From the NCBI GenBank assembly GCA_021789555.1, contig JAJYJK010000003.1, forward strand, positions 756-64,755: DNA of 64,000 nucleotides. Reading direction: 5' to 3'. The notes beneath the pieces were generated by a model that did not search any database, was not told the DNA's origin, and saw nothing but the letters and a program-made list of their open reading frames with translations. Shown one piece after another: positions 35,943-44,236 of the stretch. This DNA is from Nitrospirota bacterium (GTDB lineage: Bacteria; Nitrospirota; Thermodesulfovibrionia; Thermodesulfovibrionales; JdFR-88). Each line of letters opens with the position of its first letter. Within the stretch, counting starts at the first letter, position 1. The translations under genes and the position numbers were made by a program.

Positions 35943-35981
35943 TTGACGCATATGCATGATTCATGCATAATAATATGCATG
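35943..35981 (+). promoter_or_regulatory. candidate vapBC promoter with three ATGCAT palindromes (putative operator)
   Basis: TTGACG (35943-35948), a 17-nt spacer, then CATAAT (35966-35971). ATGCAT occurs at 35952, 35963 and 35975, 11-12 bp apart. The last copy overlaps the vapB ATG. Confidence 0.5.
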
Positions 35982-36179
35982 AGGACAACATTAAACATAA
36001 ATGACGACGTCTTGCAAAAAGCCGCGAGACTTACCGGCATAAAGGAAAAGACCGCTCTGGTTAAAATGGGTCTTGAGGCCCTTATTGCGCGCGAAAGCGC
36101 AAGGCGTCTCGCCGAACTGGGCGGGACCGAGAGGGCGTTGCGTCCTGTCCGCCGCCGCAGAGAATCCGGCGTTTCCTGA
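35979..36179 (+). CDS. vapB: type II antitoxin, VapB family
   Basis: 66 aa. MRTTLNINDDVLQKAARLTGIKEKTALVKMGLEALI is the typical VapB-antitoxin N-terminus. Its stop overlaps the vapC ATG. Confidence 0.8.
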   Translation: MRTTLNINDDVLQKAARLTGIKEKTALVKMGLEALIARESARRLAELGGTERALRPVRRRRESGVS

Positions 36180-36547
36180 TGGTTCTGGTCGATACATCGG
36201 TCTGGATAGAGCATTTCAGGGCAGGCAATGCAGACCTGAGAGGGCTGCTTTTAAATGGAGAGGTCATGTGCCATCCTTTTGTCATTGGTGAGCTGGCGTG
36301 CGGAAATCTGACAAACAGGCATGAGCTCCTGGCTTTGCTGACCGAACTCCCCGGGACGAAGATTCTGGATGGCGATGAAGTTTTGGCGTTTATCAGTCGC
36401 CAGAGGCTTTATGGCCTTGGGATTGGATTGGTCGATGTGCATCTTCTCGCCTCTTGCCTGCTGTCTCATGCCGCCTTATGGACTCTGGATAAAAATTTAA
36501 AGGTTGTGGCAAGCCGGAAAAAAATTTTATACGACCCCGGAATATAG
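36179..36547 (+). CDS. vapC: type II toxin, PIN-domain ribonuclease VapC
   Basis: 122 aa with all four acidic PIN positions plausible (VLVDTSVWI, VIGELACG, GLVDVHLL, WTLDKNL). Confidence 0.9.
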   Translation: MVLVDTSVWIEHFRAGNADLRGLLLNGEVMCHPFVIGELACGNLTNRHELLALLTELPGTKILDGDEVLAFISRQRLYGLGIGLVDVHLLASCLLSHAALWTLDKNLKVVASRKKILYDPGI

Positions 36548-36580
36548 CAAGGAATGATAGCCGTTTTCATCCGGAGAAAA

Positions 36581-36609
36581 TTGACAGATTTCGCCTCTTT
36601 TCATATACT
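36581..36609 (+). promoter_or_regulatory. candidate sigma70-type promoter for the aldolase/ADH pair
   Basis: TTGACA (36581-36586), a 17-nt spacer, then TATACT (36604-36609), followed by AAGGAGA and ATG 36643. Confidence 0.5.
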
Positions 36610-36642
36610 TTGGTCTAAACTTATAACAAGGAGAATTCCCCT

Positions 36643-37461
36643 ATGGACTTCGGAATAAAAAACAGGCTTTCCAGGATCTTCAGCCCCAAGACCGGGCGGA
36701 CCGTGATGCTCGCTGTGGACCACGGCTATTTCCAGGGCCCCACGACCGGGCTCAGGGACATGGAAAACATAATCCCCCTTATCCCCCATGCCGATTGTCT
36801 CTTCGTGACCAGGGGGACATTGCGAAACTCCATTGACCCCCGGACCGATACGGCTTTCTGCCTGAGAGTCTCCGGCGGGCCGAGCATCCTGGGCGAGCTC
36901 TCCAATGAGGACATCACCACGTCCATGGAGGAGGCCCTGAGACTGAACGCATCGGGTGTGGGGATGTCGATATTCGTCGGGGCGAAGAATGAGGACAGGA
37001 CCATCTCCAACCTGGGCAGGCTCATTAACGAGGCCCAGAGGTACGGCATGCCGGTGCTGGCCATAACGGCGGTCGGCAAGGAAATGGGCAGGGACGCCCG
37101 TTATATCGGGCTTGCCTGCAGGATTGCCGCCGAGATGGGGGCGCAGTTCGTCAAGACCTATTACTGTGACGATTTCCATAAGGTGGCGGAGGGATGTCCG
37201 GTGCCCATAGTTATCGCCGGGGGAAAGAAGTTGCCGGAGATGGAGGCCCTGCAGATGACCGAAAACGCCATCAAGGCCGGTGCCAGCGGGGTCGATATGG
37301 GAAGAAACATCTTCCAGAGCGACAGCCCGGCGGGCATGATAAAGGCGGTGAGGGCCATCGTCCACAGAGGGACATCGGCCGCGGAGGCATTCGATATGTA
37401 CCAGAAGAGCAGGAAGGCGCCCGTGGCGGAAGTCGCCGACGCCCGCATGGAAAAGGTTTAG
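36643..37461 (+). CDS. class I aldolase of the DhnA/FbaB/LsrF family (strongly LsrF-like)
   Basis: From memory of E. coli LsrF, NRLSRIFSPKTGRTVMLAVDHGYFQGPTTGL and RIAAEMGAQFVKTYY...GCPVPIVIAGGKKLPE...GASGVDMGRNIFQS are near-identical blocks, including the Schiff-base Lys context VKTYY. Confidence 0.88.
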   Translation: MDFGIKNRLSRIFSPKTGRTVMLAVDHGYFQGPTTGLRDMENIIPLIPHADCLFVTRGTLRNSIDPRTDTAFCLRVSGGPSILGELSNEDITTSMEEALRLNASGVGMSIFVGAKNEDRTISNLGRLINEAQRYGMPVLAITAVGKEMGRDARYIGLACRIAAEMGAQFVKTYYCDDFHKVAEGCPVPIVIAGGKKLPEMEALQMTENAIKAGASGVDMGRNIFQSDSPAGMIKAVRAIVHRGTSAAEAFDMYQKSRKAPVAEVADARMEKV

Positions 37462-37463
37462 GT

Positions 37464-37492
37464 GAAATCCCCTCCCTCTGAGAGGGGATTTC
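37464..37492. repeat. perfect 11-bp hairpin between aldolase and ADH genes
   Basis: gaaatcccctc (37464-37474) / gaggggatttc (37482-37492) with a 7-nt loop. It has the G/C-tract flavour of the REP-like elements but is not identical to them. Confidence 0.6.
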
Positions 37493-37506
37493 AAAAAAGC
37501 AGTCAA

Positions 37507-38535
37507 ATGAAAGTAGCGGTTTATTACAGCAACACTGACCTTAGGATAGAAGAGCGGCCTGTCCCCCGCATATCCGAAGACGAGATACTGGTGAGGATGA
37601 TGGCCTCGGGCATCTGCGGCACCGACGTCATCGAGTGGTACAGGCAGCAGAAGGCCCCCCGCGTCCTGGGGCATGAGATGGCCGGAGAGGTGGTCGAGAC
37701 CGGCAGCCGGGTGTCGGGTTTCAGAAAGGGCGACCGGGTCTTTGTATCCCACCATGTGCCGTGCTACGAGTGCGATCACTGCCGGAATTCGGATTATACG
37801 GCATGCGAGGCGCTCCATACGGGCAACTACGAGCCGGGGGGATTTTCGGAATACATCCGGGTGCCGGCGATGAACGTGAGATACGGGACGTTTTTGCTGC
37901 CCGAAGGGATGCGGTATGAAGAGGCGGCAATGATAGAACCCCTTGCGTGCGTAATCGCAGGCCAAAGGCAGCTTGAAATCGGCAAAAGGGACACGGTCCT
38001 GGTGATAGGCGCGGGTGTCTCCGGCCTCCTGCACATACAGATGGCCAAGCTGAAAGGCGCCATTGTGGTCGCGACGGATATAAGTGAATACCGCCTCGGG
38101 AAGGCCCTTGAATTCGGGGCGGACCATGTGTTCCACGCGGATGAGTTTTCCGAGGACGCGCTTAAAAATAAAAAAATAAATAAAAGCGGGCTGGCCCGCC
38201 GCGTCATAGTCTGCGCCGGGGCGAGACAGGCGCTCGATCACGCGGTCCGCTCGGTCGGCAGGAGGGGGGTCATCCTCTTTTTCGCGGTCCCCGCCGATGA
38301 CATCTGCCTGCCCTCGGCGAGGTTCTGGAGGGACGAGATAGCCGTCTCATTCTCCTATGGGGCGGCGCCTGATGACCTCCGTGAGGCCCTGGCGCTCATC
38401 GAAGGGGGCAAAGTAAATGCCGGGAAGATGATAACGCACAGGTATCCGCTTTCGGACATCCAAAAGGGCTTCGCTCTCGTGGCCGGAGCGGGGGAGTCGC
38501 TAAAGGTCGTAATCGTTGCCGCCCCTTCTTCCTAG
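37507..38535 (+). CDS. zinc-dependent alcohol/polyol dehydrogenase (MDR family)
   Basis: Starts at ATG 37507 (MKVAVYYSN...). It has GICGTDV, GHEMAGEV, the structural-Zn Cys cluster CYECDHCRNSDYTAC and the Rossmann motif VIGAGVSG. Confidence 0.9.
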   Translation: MKVAVYYSNTDLRIEERPVPRISEDEILVRMMASGICGTDVIEWYRQQKAPRVLGHEMAGEVVETGSRVSGFRKGDRVFVSHHVPCYECDHCRNSDYTACEALHTGNYEPGGFSEYIRVPAMNVRYGTFLLPEGMRYEEAAMIEPLACVIAGQRQLEIGKRDTVLVIGAGVSGLLHIQMAKLKGAIVVATDISEYRLGKALEFGADHVFHADEFSEDALKNKKINKSGLARRVIVCAGARQALDHAVRSVGRRGVILFFAVPADDICLPSARFWRDEIAVSFSYGAAPDDLREALALIEGGKVNAGKMITHRYPLSDIQKGFALVAGAGESLKVVIVAAPSS

Positions 38536-38571
38536 TCTGGCTTCGGGCCTGTCCGGCTTCGGGGTTCCGAA

Positions 38572-38601
38572 TTGAAATTGCAAGGGAGTTTGCCCTATAA
38601 T
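38572..38601 (+). promoter_or_regulatory. candidate sigma70-type promoter upstream of the priming sugar transferase
   Basis: TTGAAA (38572-38577), an 18-nt spacer, then TATAAT (38596-38601). Confidence 0.4.
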
Positions 38602-38744
38602 TTTACCTGTAATTTCAAATAGTTCTCTTTTTTTTATGACCGATGGGGTGGTTTAAGCAAAGATGCGGTCCTTGAGCAGTTTTCCAGGGGCTCAGGGGGT
38701 TTTATCATCTTCGGGCAGGAGAGTTTGTCCAGAGGGCGTTTTGC

Positions 38745-40190
38745 GTGGCAAAAGGGACAAAAACAAAAAAGTTTGAATCCAGGATAAGGACTGCAGGCGG
38801 CGTTTTCCTGCTTGTGTGCGCCGACTTGTTCATACTTCTTGCGGTCGTATCTTCTTCCGTGGCCGTGAGGGTTTACCTCTTGCCGGTCATCTTTCATTCA
38901 ATGCCGGTTTTTAAATTCGAGCCGGGTAAATACTACTGGCTCTTCCCCGTCTGGCTCGCGGTGCTCGCATACAACGGCGCATACACGAAGAGGTTCACCT
39001 TCTGGGACGAGGTAAGGGCCCTCTGGAAGGCCGATTTCATCGTCTTTGTTGCCGTTTTCGCCTTTCTTTTCATCGGCAAGCAGGGGGTGCAGTTTTCAAG
39101 GGCGTTTTTGCTCTCCGTCTGCCTGCTGTCCCTGCTTTTCTTCCCCCTGCTGAGACCGGCCCTGAAGCGGGTAATCTACCGGCTGGGTTTTTTGAGGAGG
39201 AAACTGCTCATTCTGGGCTCCGGAGAGGCGGCGCTAAAAGCCATGAGGGCGGTGCGGATGGAAAAAAACCTGGGCTATGATGTGGCCGGGTTCATCGGTG
39301 CGGGCGGCGGGGGTCTCATAGAGGGGTTTAAGGTGCACGGCTTCATGGACAAGGCCGACAGGTATATCGAAAGGTGCGGCATTCAGGACGTAATGATAGC
39401 CGCTCCTGACCTGGAAAGAGAAAGACTCGCAAATATCATAAACAGGGTCCAGCACAGGGCGGAAAATACGCTTTACATGCCGGATGTGGCCGCGGTGGCC
39501 GTGCTGGGGGCGGAATTCCGGCATTTCGGCAATCAGGAGGGACTTGTCATCGAGATAAAAAACAACCTCCGGAAGCCGCAGGACTATATTTTAAAAAAGG
39601 TCTTCGACTTCACGCTGGGGCTCGCCCTGACCGCCGTCTTCCTGGCGCCCATCCTGGTCATCAGCCTGATTGTGAAGGCCACCTCCAGAGGGCCCGTCAT
39701 ATTCAGGCAACGCAGGATAGGCAAGGGCGGACGCATCTTCTGGTGCTATAAATTCCGGACGATGCACAAGGACGCGGAAGACAGGCTGAGGGAGATACTG
39801 AAGGCAGACCCGGAGGCCAGGAGGCAGTGGGAGACCTACTGGAAATTGAAAGATGACCCGCGCGTGACGGCGGTGGGCAGGTTCCTGAGGAAGTCCTCGC
39901 TGGATGAGCTTCCGCAGTTGATGAATGTGCTGAAGGGGCAGATGAGCATAGTGGGGCCAAGGCCGTATCTCGAGAACGAGCGGGACCACCTTCTTGAGTT
40001 CGAGGAGACCATCTTGCGGGTGCCGCCGGGCATCACCGGTTTCTGGCAGATATCCGGCAGGAGCGCGAAGACCTTCGGCGAGCGTCTTGCCCTGGATCTC
40101 TGGTACGTCAGGAACTGGAACGTATGGCTGGATATAGTGATCCTCTTCAAGACCGTCAGAGTGGTCTGGACAGGAGAGGGCGCCAGATGA
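38745..40190 (+). CDS. polyprenyl-phosphate glycosyl-1-phosphate transferase (exopolysaccharide/O-antigen priming 'bacterial sugar transferase')
   Basis: 481 aa with N-terminal TM helices, a central Rossmann-like segment (LLILGSGEAALKA) and a C-terminal sugar-transferase domain (IVGPRPYLENE ... GITGFWQISGRS). GTG start. Confidence 0.9.
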   Translation: MAKGTKTKKFESRIRTAGGVFLLVCADLFILLAVVSSSVAVRVYLLPVIFHSMPVFKFEPGKYYWLFPVWLAVLAYNGAYTKRFTFWDEVRALWKADFIVFVAVFAFLFIGKQGVQFSRAFLLSVCLLSLLFFPLLRPALKRVIYRLGFLRRKLLILGSGEAALKAMRAVRMEKNLGYDVAGFIGAGGGGLIEGFKVHGFMDKADRYIERCGIQDVMIAAPDLERERLANIINRVQHRAENTLYMPDVAAVAVLGAEFRHFGNQEGLVIEIKNNLRKPQDYILKKVFDFTLGLALTAVFLAPILVISLIVKATSRGPVIFRQRRIGKGGRIFWCYKFRTMHKDAEDRLREILKADPEARRQWETYWKLKDDPRVTAVGRFLRKSSLDELPQLMNVLKGQMSIVGPRPYLENERDHLLEFEETILRVPPGITGFWQISGRSAKTFGERLALDLWYVRNWNVWLDIVILFKTVRVVWTGEGAR

Positions 40191-40255
40191 AAAGCGCCGT
40201 GCCGGCAACGGATCGAAAAACGAAAAAACCGGGGGCTCCCGTTTCCGCATCGGGC

Positions 40256-40283
40256 TTGAAAAAATGAATTTTAATAGTATATT
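40256..40283 (+). promoter_or_regulatory. candidate promoter of the glycan island with ~220-nt leader
   Basis: TTGAAA (40256-40261), a 16-nt spacer, then TATATT (40278-40283). The leader that follows contains a G8 tract and the ops-like GGCGGAGCG. Confidence 0.4.
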
Positions 40284-40509
40284 ATGTTGGTCTCTGGGGG
40301 ATGCATTTTAACTGGGGCTGTAGTCTTCATTCCCTCAGAGTGCGTGAATCCAAAGGGTTTAACTTTCCATGAAATGGAAGCGGTATTTGTATGCGGGCTA
40401 ATGTCGGGGGGGGCGGAGCGTTAAACGGATTTGAGGGGGCAATGTATATACAGGTCATGTCTGCATATTATGTCTTGCCTTTGAAAAAAATAAAGCTGCC
40501 GAATATATC

Positions 40510-41289
40510 ATGAAAGTCGTTATCCTTGCTGGTGGTTTTGGCACCCGGCTGACCGAAGAGACCAGCGTCAAGCCGAAGCCCATGGTGGAGATAGGCGGCA
40601 AGCCGATCCTCTGGCATGTAATGAGGATCTATTCCCATTATGGCTTCAACGAATTCATAATCTGCCTGGGCTATATGGGATATTATATCAAGGAGTATTT
40701 CGCTCATTATTTCCTGCACCAGTGCGACGTTACATTCGATTTCGGCGACAACAACAAGCAGATAATGCATAACAACAAGGCCGAACCCTGGCGTGTGACG
40801 CTGATAGACACCGGGCTTCAGACGATGACGGGAGGGCGGATCAAGAGGGTCGCCCCTTATGTGTCGGGGGAGACATTTCTGCTCACCTACGGAGACGGCG
40901 TCAGCGACGTGCCTATTAATAAGGTCCTCGAGTTTCACAGGGCGCACGGGAAGTATGCGACGTTGACGTCGGTGCAGCCGTCCGGCAGGTTTGGCATGCT
41001 CGGCATAGACGGGATCGGCAAGGTCACCTCGTTTCTGGAAAAACCGAAGGGAGACGGCGGATGGATAAACGGGGGGTTTTTTGTCCTGGAGCCGCAGGTC
41101 TTCGATTATATCGACGGGGACGCGACGACATGGGAAAAGGGCCCGCTGGAGACCCTTGCAATGGATTCTCAGCTCCAGGCATATAAACATAACGGGTTCT
41201 GGAAACCCATGGACACGATGCGCGACAAGCTGGAGCTGGAGAGCCTTTGGAGTTCCGGGAAGGCGCCCTGGAAGGTCTGGAAAGAGTGA
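40510..41289 (+). CDS. rfbF: glucose-1-phosphate cytidylyltransferase
   Basis: 259 aa. MKVVILAGGFGTRLTEETSVKPKPMVEIGGKPILWHVMRIYSHYGFNEFIICLGY is the RfbF/DdhA signature N-terminus. Confidence 0.93.
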   Translation: MKVVILAGGFGTRLTEETSVKPKPMVEIGGKPILWHVMRIYSHYGFNEFIICLGYMGYYIKEYFAHYFLHQCDVTFDFGDNNKQIMHNNKAEPWRVTLIDTGLQTMTGGRIKRVAPYVSGETFLLTYGDGVSDVPINKVLEFHRAHGKYATLTSVQPSGRFGMLGIDGIGKVTSFLEKPKGDGGWINGGFFVLEPQVFDYIDGDATTWEKGPLETLAMDSQLQAYKHNGFWKPMDTMRDKLELESLWSSGKAPWKVWKE

Positions 41290-41338
41290 AAAGTCTGGAA
41301 AGATTGAAAGGTGTGGAAAGATTGAGATGTTCGGCGAT
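41285..41338. repeat. 18-nt x3 tandem repeat across the rfbF stop / rfbG start
   Basis: gtctggaaagagtgaaaa / gtctggaaagattgaaag / gtgtggaaagattgagat. The rfbG ATG (41327) lies in the third unit. Confidence 0.85.
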
Positions 41339-42496
41339 ATATATAATGGTAAGCGTGTCTTTGTAACGGGTCACACCGGGTTCAAGGGGTCATGGTTATG
41401 TCTGTGGCTTCAGGGACTGGGCGCTGATGTCGCGGGCTATTCGCTTGAGCCGCAGACGAAGCCAAGCCACTTCAACCTGCTGGGGCTCGATATGGCGTCT
41501 GTTATCGGGGATATCAGGGACATCGAAAAGTTGAAGCGCGCCGTCAGGACGCACCGTCCGGCGGCCGTTTTCCACCTGGCCGCGCAGCCCCTTGTCAGAT
41601 ATTCATACCGGCGCCCGGTCGAGACGTTCGAAACAAACGTCGTCGGGACGTCTAACCTGCTGGAGGCATGCAGGGAGACCGAGTCCGTCCGGGCCATAGT
41701 GAACGTGACCAGCGACAAGTGCTATGAGAACAAGGAATGGGTATGGGGATACCGCGAAAGCGATGCCCTCGGCGGGTATGACCCCTACAGCGCCTCGAAG
41801 GCCTGCTCGGAGATTGTGACCAGCGCCTACAGGAGTTCGTTTTTTAACCCTGAGGACTACGGCAGGTCTCATGGGGTCTTGCTGTCCAGCGCCAGGGCCG
41901 GCAATGTGATAGGCGGAGGGGACTGGGCCGAGGACAGATTGATCCCCGACATAATGAGGGCCATTGACGAAAATAAAAAAATGCTCATAAGGAACCCGCG
42001 CGCCTCGCGCCCCTGGCAGCATGTCCTTGATCCGCTGTCGGGATATCTGATGCTGGGCCAAAAACTCCTTGAAGGCAAAAAGGAATTCGCCGAGGCCTGG
42101 AACTTCGGCCCCGACGCCGAAACCGAGGTGGAGGACGTGGTCAGGGGCATCAAGCGTTTTCTGGACAGGTTTGAATACGAGATACAACCCGACGGCGCCA
42201 GCCGCCATGAGGCGGGGACGCTGAAACTCGACTGCTCAAAGGCGCGAAAAAGGCTCAAATGGCGGCCCAACTGGGGCCGCGACAAGACATTCGACGTTAC
42301 CGCGAAGTGGTATAAAAGGTTCTATGAAGATGGCAAGGCCGGCAGTCGTGACGATCTGGGCCTGTATATTAAAGACGCAAACGACGGGCATTTGGAATGG
42401 GCAGACCTCCTTCCCGGCCAAAAAGGGCGGGATATTCAAACAAATAAAAAAACCGGCTTATGCCGGGACATTCAAAAGAATGGTCCAAATGAATAA
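41327..42496 (+). CDS. rfbG: CDP-glucose 4,6-dehydratase
   Basis: Starts at ATG 41327 (MFGDIYNGKRVFVTGHTGFKGSWLCLWLQ). It has the extended-SDR GxxGxxG, a YSASK catalytic motif and RfbG-like sequence throughout. Confidence 0.92.
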   Translation: MFGDIYNGKRVFVTGHTGFKGSWLCLWLQGLGADVAGYSLEPQTKPSHFNLLGLDMASVIGDIRDIEKLKRAVRTHRPAAVFHLAAQPLVRYSYRRPVETFETNVVGTSNLLEACRETESVRAIVNVTSDKCYENKEWVWGYRESDALGGYDPYSASKACSEIVTSAYRSSFFNPEDYGRSHGVLLSSARAGNVIGGGDWAEDRLIPDIMRAIDENKKMLIRNPRASRPWQHVLDPLSGYLMLGQKLLEGKKEFAEAWNFGPDAETEVEDVVRGIKRFLDRFEYEIQPDGASRHEAGTLKLDCSKARKRLKWRPNWGRDKTFDVTAKWYKRFYEDGKAGSRDDLGLYIKDANDGHLEWADLLPGQKGRDIQTNKKTGLCRDIQKNGPNE

Positions 42497-43157
42497 AAGA
42501 AACGTTCTCATCACCGGCGGCAGCAGAGGGCTGGGAAAAGCCATTGGCGGCCTGCTGGATGAAAGCGGCAGGTACAATGTCATCGTCCCTTCCAGGGAGG
42601 AGATGGACCTCTCCAGCACTCGAAAGATCACGGATTACTTCAACAGGAACAAAACAGGCGTGGATATTTTAATAAACAACGCGGGCATCAATATATTGGG
42701 CGGCATCGAGGATATAGCAGAGAACAGCCTGGAAGAGATGCTGGCCGTGAACCTTGTGGCGCCTTTGAAGCTGGTCCAGTCCTGTGTCGCCCATATGAAG
42801 TCGCAAATGTGGGGCAGGATTGTCAATATCAGTTCTATCTGGGGGATACGGTCAAAAGAGCGGAGGCTTCTCTATTCAGCGACTAAATTCGGGCTGAACG
42901 GGGTCACGAAATCACTTTCCCGTGAACTGGGCGGATATAACATACTGGTCAATTCGGTCTGCCCCGGATATGTAAATACTGAACTGACCAGTAAAAATAT
43001 ACCCCTTGAGGAACAGGAGAAGATAAAGTCCACCATTCCGCTGGGGCGGTTCGCAGAGCCGGGGGAAATCGCCGAACTGGTCAGATTTCTGGTCTCTGAT
43101 GAAAACTCCTATATCACCGGGCAGACAATCATCATTGACGGCGGGTTTTTAGCTTGA
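42489..43157 (+). CDS. short-chain dehydrogenase/reductase (classical SDR)
   Basis: Starts at ATG 42489 (MNKRNVLITGGSRGLGKAI). It has NNAG and the YSATK catalytic motif. It overlaps the rfbG stop. Confidence 0.85.
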   Translation: MNKRNVLITGGSRGLGKAIGGLLDESGRYNVIVPSREEMDLSSTRKITDYFNRNKTGVDILINNAGINILGGIEDIAENSLEEMLAVNLVAPLKLVQSCVAHMKSQMWGRIVNISSIWGIRSKERRLLYSATKFGLNGVTKSLSRELGGYNILVNSVCPGYVNTELTSKNIPLEEQEKIKSTIPLGRFAEPGEIAELVRFLVSDENSYITGQTIIIDGGFLA

Positions 43158-44236
43158 GCGACTTGACACTTCATTCAAGGATCAAGGATTATACGGTTCA
43201 TTTTTCAAACGATTTCGCCTTTTTTGAAGATATGGGCGATATCCGTCCCCGCGCGGTCATAATCGATAAAAATGTATATGATCTTTACCGGGACATGTTA
43301 AGGTCTTACTTTGCGGACGGAGAGATCATTTTATTCGAAGCCAGAGAAGAAAACAAAACCATTGAAAGCTGTCTGGCGCTTTATGAGCGGATCATTCAAA
43401 TGGCCGCAAAGAAGAACATGACAGTTATATCAATCGGGGGCGGGATTACGCAGGACGTGACAGGGTTTTTGGCGTCCACGCTCTACCGCGGTGTCAACTG
43501 GATATATATACCTACGACGTTCCTTGCGCAGACGGACAGCTGTATCGGCAGCAAAACTTCCCTGAATTTCAAGTCCTATAAAAATCTTATCGGGACTTTC
43601 TACCCGCCGAGCAGGATATTCATAGATCCTAAATTCCTTGGCACGCTTTCCACTGTGGATTTCTATAGCGGCATAGGCGAGGCCGTGAAATTCCAGTTGA
43701 TGAAGGAAGAAAAACAAAAGGACATCGGGAAGATCAAACCTGTTATGGAGAGGGCGCTGAAAAAGGACGAGACCCTTGTCGATCTGATAAGAGACAATAT
43801 GCAGGTCAAGATAGCCTACATGGAAAACGATGAATTCGATCAGGGGCGCAGAAACCTGCTCAATTACGGCCACTGCTTCGGTCATGCCCTGGAAACATCA
43901 TCCGATTATCAAATATCGCATGGCATAGCCGTTTTGATCGGCATTATGTACGCCAATATATTATCAAACATGAGGCATATGCTGTCCGATGCGCTATTGA
44001 AAACGGTCATGGAAGAAATCCTCCTGCCCAATAATCCTCTTAAATTGGACCCCGGGCATTTTAACGGGGCCGCGTTATTGGAGGGGATGAAAAAAGACAA
44101 GAAAAGGACCGGCGACCTGTTGGCGGTGGTCATGCCGGACGGGAATTATTCAATCATCAAGGTGAGCGACGTGACCGACGTGGAATTCAAGGAATGTCTG
44201 AAAAGATTGAATCATATGCTCTTCAAGGAGGCCTGA
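43154..44236 (+). CDS. 3-dehydroquinate synthase-like sugar phosphate cyclase superfamily protein
   Basis: GGGITQDVTGFLASTLYRGVNWIYIPTTFLAQTDSCIGSKTSLN and NYGHCFGHALE parallel the DHQS motifs GGGVxGDxxGF...PTTLLxxVDSSxGGK and GHTxGHAIE. TTG start overlaps the upstream TGA. Confidence 0.8.
   Translation: MSDLTLHSRIKDYTVHFSNDFAFFEDMGDIRPRAVIIDKNVYDLYRDMLRSYFADGEIILFEAREENKTIESCLALYERIIQMAAKKNMTVISIGGGITQDVTGFLASTLYRGVNWIYIPTTFLAQTDSCIGSKTSLNFKSYKNLIGTFYPPSRIFIDPKFLGTLSTVDFYSGIGEAVKFQLMKEEKQKDIGKIKPVMERALKKDETLVDLIRDNMQVKIAYMENDEFDQGRRNLLNYGHCFGHALETSSDYQISHGIAVLIGIMYANILSNMRHMLSDALLKTVMEEILLPNNPLKLDPGHFNGAALLEGMKKDKKRTGDLLAVVMPDGNYSIIKVSDVTDVEFKECLKRLNHMLFKEA

Noticed and set aside
36601-38241. 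546-aa ORF on the - strand, the longest unexplained ORF in the track
   Set aside because: It lies antisense to two well-supported genes (the LsrF-like aldolase and the Zn-ADH). Its composition is Arg/Gly/Pro/His-rich and it shows no motifs, which is typical of a shadow ORF in GC-rich DNA.
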